From Schmidtea polychroa (Eukaryota): a DNA stretch of 64,000 nucleotides. The translations under genes and the position numbers were made by a program. The stretch lies in NCBI GenBank assembly GCA_044892525.1, contig CM097887.1, forward strand, positions 144,376,397 through 144,440,396, read 5' to 3'. The notes under the pieces were generated by a model. It was not told the origin of the DNA and searched no databases. It worked only from the letters and a program-made list of their open reading frames with translations. Positions 61,901 to 64,000 of this stretch are shown here, in pieces (position 1 is the first letter of the stretch; each line of letters begins with the position of its first letter).

Positions 61901-64000
61901 CAACAACATACTATCTATTGTCCATAATTCATCATCTTTGATCATCTCGTTGGTCACTTTCGGTAATTCTATGTCCATCATTGGGGTCAATCTTCCCAAT
62001 TTTTCGTTCTCATAAATGATTTTGTCTTCCTCTTCGAAATTCGTGATGTTGAGCGGTATCACTCCTTCTTGGTTTATTGTGATTATTTCTCTTGCGAGTG
62101 GTAATTCTCGTCGCTTTTCGAATGACTTGCTTGGTTCAAAGATAACTTCTCCTTCCATACCCGTATCCACTTTTATCTGACAAATCATCTGCGATTTTGC
62201 TGGTACTATTATTTTTTCTGGACATCTGATGACTGCATTCATTTTGCATATTCTACCGGTTTTGTCTTTTAAACACATAGTTGTTAAGTCTATTACGACT
62301 TCTTTTAATAATTCTGGCATCAGGTCCGTTCCGATTATGCATGGTACGCTAAGTTTTGGTATTACTGCCAAATACGTTTCAATTTCGTTGTCCTGGTATC
62401 TCAATGTAGTCCACCATCTTCCGACCACGTCCACTGTTTCTTTACTACATGCTATGATGTGAATTGTTGTTGATTCGATATCCTTCCAGTGTTTACTGGG
62501 GATTTGATTAATCGCTATCGCTGATACATTAGCTCCGGTGTCTATCATAGCATTGGTTTCTTTACCATTGATTTGAATCATAACTGTTACTGCTGGACCT
62601 CCAGGTAAACTCATCGCTGCTATTGTTCTTACGTCATCTGCTTGATCTACACTTTTGGTACGTCGTGTTGGCATATAATGCATACCGGGTTGACTCGGTA
62701 ATTGCGGATACATATTTTGTGTCATGGTCAAAGCTGTTTGTGGTCCCACGATATCCGGTGGTATATAGCTTCCATTGGCGATCCAGGTGTTTGTCTTTTC
62801 CTTTTCCCAATATGGTGCCGTTTCCATTGGTTTTTCGTTTGGGTTTCTGTTTGGATAAAGACATTTATCGTTCCCGTTATCATCGTCGTCACTATCGCTG
62901 TTAGATGATTGGCTTCTAAATCGGTCCAAGAATTTTGGCTTATTCTTTTTCAATTGTCGTCTTGTTGCTTCATCGTACATTACTTTCCGGAATCGTCTGC
63001 CTACTTCCTCGTCGGTTCCTTTAATCTTTGTTAATATTTTAATCAATCGCTTTATCCGATGAATGTCTTTTGAGTGGCCATGTAATACCATGGTCTTAGC
63101 TAAAAATGGTAAGAAGCCTACTATCATTTTCCAATTAACTTTCTTTTCCCGCTTGTATATATCGAAACAAGCTAACATTTGTGTTAGTATTACTCTGACT
63201 ATCTGAATTATGAGTATGATCCCTAATATCCCGGCCATCATTTGTCCAAAAACTAAGAATCTTCCCCACATTGCTTTCATCATGTTTGACGTAGCTTGTT
63301 GAAAATGGTCTGGCGATAATAGCAGCTCGTAATTCGGGCCTGATTGATAGTTTGTGCCCCCAGTTATTGTTACCATATTAGACAAAATGGATTCTCGTCT
63401 GGCTGGGAAGAGTACGTTAAGTCGTGCTGTTTCTAGATCTTCTGGGGAATACATACCACCGTTTGACACGTCTATAGGTTTGAAATCCAGCTCTGTGGCG
63501 AGTTCTATTAATCCAAATTTCTTGGGCTCCTCGGATATGGTTTTTCCCGGTAACATCATCCATTTCCCATCGGGCCTTTCATATAAAGGTCCGTATGCAT
63601 TAGAACAGTTAAAGAGATTTGGGTAGAAACCCACTGGATTCATAATTCTAGTGACTGGTTGGACGAATCGATTTTGTCCTTTATAACGGATTTCTAATTC
63701 ATTTGCACATCTCTTTTCGGGTAGTATGGATTTTTCTGGCATTCGTGCATACGTCTTGGTACACTGGTATGTGTACATCACTTCTCCTACCATTCTACCA
63801 AAGTGTCCATCTGGTAATGGGAGTGATGGCATCGTGTTATCTGGGTGCGTTATCGCAATAGCTAGCTTTGTTTTCAATATTTCTTTATTCAATGAACAAT
63901 CGTTTTGTATTAGATCGTAATATACTTTTTGCAAGGTCGTTTGTCCGCGATGAAATAGAAAATCCATTTTATTATTTGCATATAAGTATAGTTTTACGTC
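55919..64000 (-). CDS. Polyprotein: gB/chuvirus-like glycoprotein C-half, TM, PR, RT, RNase H, IN, two ankyrin modules, membrane-anchored tail (5' end beyond window)
   Basis: Frame is open from 64000 (DVKLYLYANNK-MDFL...). TM about 63185-63260; DTG 62534-62542; YIDD about 61314-61325; TDAS/TDHQPL; HHCC, MDVVGP (60020), TDQG, TERFN; GPY about 59300; TPL ankyrin motifs 58888-57630. Confidence 0.95.
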   Translation of the reverse strand, partial: DVKLYLYANNKMDFLFHRGQTTLQKVYYDLIQNDCSLNKEILKTKLAIAITHPDNTMPSLPLPDGHFGRMVGEVMYTYQCTKTYARMPEKSILPEKRCANELEIRYKGQNRFVQPVTRIMNPVGFYPNLFNCSNAYGPLYERPDGKWMMLPGKTISEEPKKFGLIELATELDFKPIDVSNGGMYSPEDLETARLNVLFPARRESILSNMVTITGGTNYQSGPNYELLLSPDHFQQATSNMMKAMWGRFLVFGQMMAGILGIILIIQIVRVILTQMLACFDIYKREKKVNWKMIVGFLPFLAKTMVLHGHSKDIHRIKRLIKILTKIKGTDEEVGRRFRKVMYDEATRRQLKKNKPKFLDRFRSQSSNSDSDDDDNGNDKCLYPNRNPNEKPMETAPYWEKEKTNTWIANGSYIPPDIVGPQTALTMTQNMYPQLPSQPGMHYMPTRRTKSVDQADDVRTIAAMSLPGGPAVTVMIQINGKETNAMIDTGANVSAIAINQIPSKHWKDIESTTIHIIACSKETVDVVGRWWTTLRYQDNEIETYLAVIPKLSVPCIIGTDLMPELLKEVVIDLTTMCLKDKTGRICKMNAVIRCPEKIIVPAKSQMICQIKVDTGMEGEVIFEPSKSFEKRRELPLAREIITINQEGVIPLNITNFEEEDKIIYENEKLGRLTPMMDIELPKVTNEMIKDDELWTIDSMLLTNDEKKKLHRLLVEYKDIFAISDLDLGTCDVTLHAIPLIDETPIALRPYKLAEMQKEIAETEVQKMLDAKVIEPSCSPWQFPVVMVKKKDGTQRFCIDYRKLNAVTKRDTYPLPDINEMLLMLQGAAYFTSLDLKSGYWQIKVKDEDKEKTAFTLGRDLYQFRKMPFGLTNAPASFQRCMNFVTHGIKQCMVYIDDLLIYSATFEQHLEDIRNVFIRLRQWKLKLKPSKCDWAKEKVTFLGHIVSAKGKEPDPRNIEKIKLCPAPKTVTQVQEFLGLCGYYRKFIKNYAGIAKPIQELVKKDISFLWGKEQQEAFETLRDKLIEAPILVHPDFKKPFLLATDASGYAAGAILGQLDDEGKERVIGYYSRTFKKHEKNYSVTEREALAIIQAIKHFRYLLWGHEICITTDHQPLVWLGQHKEASSRLMRWAMQLQEYSPFIKFKAGRANANADCMSRFIFPDLVDSEMQRICLIVAEDLDFCQLRKDQQEDAELKQIIDYIKTGQTDVYAKDQKLKEHMDKHRHRYIIEKDWLLIMDGEKRLMCIPENRRKELLTQYHDGRLGGHMSSKKTLARMKQKYFWPTLTEDVTEWVKNCLTCATRKNTGSKWKAPLTPMPVPIEPMTMISMDVVGPLPESDKGNVYILVITDFLTKFPEAFAMPDQKAKTIAKILVEEICCRYGTPKQILTDQGTNFMSEIMSEVTNYFKIAKLRTSPYHPQTNGMTERFNGTLIQMLSNYVDRHQRDWDEYINLCLMAYRMSIHASTKMSPFKLMYGRECNMPMDLEYQPPISQYMEIDDYVTKFKERMQEIWETAGLNIKFYQESYKDLHDRKKNVKQHTFQTGDWVMIETPELIPGTTKKLQRNGKGPYEILFVGETNVRVKLVNNPFTRPIYVNVARCKSIPKTATSQPEGRTLTTRSQTYRMNMMQQLAEPITGRLGIQPSEAEKIVKEVKIKIPGWAKDRLDFEILGGLLTMIENYANRERTHPLLRVVKSQWPILFTITDHYGDTPLHKLMKVGNNEQILETIEAFHDCKRSTEQTNNQGYTPLMIAANRGKTKDIITALLDTGSKITTQDHERKNALHHAIRGRSTEAFTSLMELLSYEDNREVGNMYDGLLTAIKEKLTTITGILITWRNPIRNDYMINVNEAFTRGENTLMREAMKGHHLFEIPNQLLERGIKFTNHKDEQLTKKRIDTFEKSLFQFTNQVRHKYWETVSVLYMMDTMNNIRENYMDIIQILTAEERINNPNGKKTKIRYEKSRESKSTTNRTVTNNVIETKSMSIDQEAIIRKAKEVFFEEMLELPDEIILSKIIKAVHTYARDQTTGLDIGKIKTFLPRAFTMVTKDSRTPLQQAILAAKENRAITIMRILGEMGEETNTKNEQGETAMMYAAITKIHPKTLHILHQSGSKLDERSNEGNSTLDWATIQPNLEMIRFICKNATEEEVENMCKNTSQFQWNTVRKNLEAMKLLLTWRVPPNNKYAINVNEFYENGENAMVKNTLTKGGTPKIILIVLNREDLKFTQNQNEQQRIGKHRRMQLRELVKEWNRKRHAATGRKEFEFEAKLARNRVLTAYRRLLNDINVEDDILNDSEGDKHDDNNGKDRKEDKEKREPEEGKPENKDSDTKREGNSPRTKTKEEEKSNNGKQRVCLPFTNKEIETNMILMIIMLTMIELVTAQGGTRTIKETKEAENQDSKEDELKQEKRKQAQEQQWDLKEEWDLKERCILGRCMSRAYQKLVLINEDTEPITEVRIQEAYRNRDGKRITNVKGKEVHLGKGGEVVITQIQPRKEHKVCISRLGPGERCHQYVTQQQPPKEYTVCIWRIESKRECRRYPGKRGKKRKNHDEKNEGGKHKKTGEEAQDNYVSEEEMEKIQKMAKEGMNEEIARIREMMKGNGKRGNEKSTEAISTLTNKEKPESISVKQMMWISGIIITGAFLIITGGTIKIIKDKRHRGELEMTRIRNFQHRVKRPSDIKQGQWVEAWNVQRPPNSRI

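Larger units (their letters stand above)
50236..64000 (-). mobile_element. Giant env-bearing Ty3/Gypsy-type retroelement with accessory gene array (incomplete at window edge; left end may extend to 47028)
   Basis: Intact polyprotein, five intronless co-oriented ORFs, LTR candidate, uniform A-rich coding strand. Confidence 0.88.

Noticed and set aside
52194-63920. Many plus-strand ORFs antisense to the giant element
   Set aside because: F/S/L-rich shadows of the A-rich coding strand with no independent motifs.

Overview
AT-rich animal genomic scaffold with many N gaps and 42-58 nt micro-introns; the host is inferred to be planarian-like. Host genes on +: a schnurri/HIVEP-type multi-zinc-finger gene (ATG 7382 to stop 33883, about 15 exons, two running into gaps) and a divergent Hox3-like homeobox gene (42069-44484+). 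Their introns and flanks hold decayed Merlin, piggyBac, hAT, Tigger, Helitron, Penelope, Polinton and Ty3/Gypsy sequence. The main object is an apparently intact giant Ty3/Gypsy-type element on the minus strand (3' LTR starting at 50864, element running off the right edge). Its uninterrupted ORF of more than 2690 codons joins a chuvirus/gB-like glycoprotein N-terminally to PR-RT-RH-IN. Integrase is followed by a duplicated ankyrin module and a signal-peptide/TM-bounded Cys-repeat domain. Downstream lies an intronless accessory array: a full RING-zinc finger-coiled coil-MATH TRAF, three coiled-coil proteins and a type I membrane protein, with recurring TGTA/AATAAA motifs between ORFs. All homology calls come from reading motifs by eye; no searches were run.
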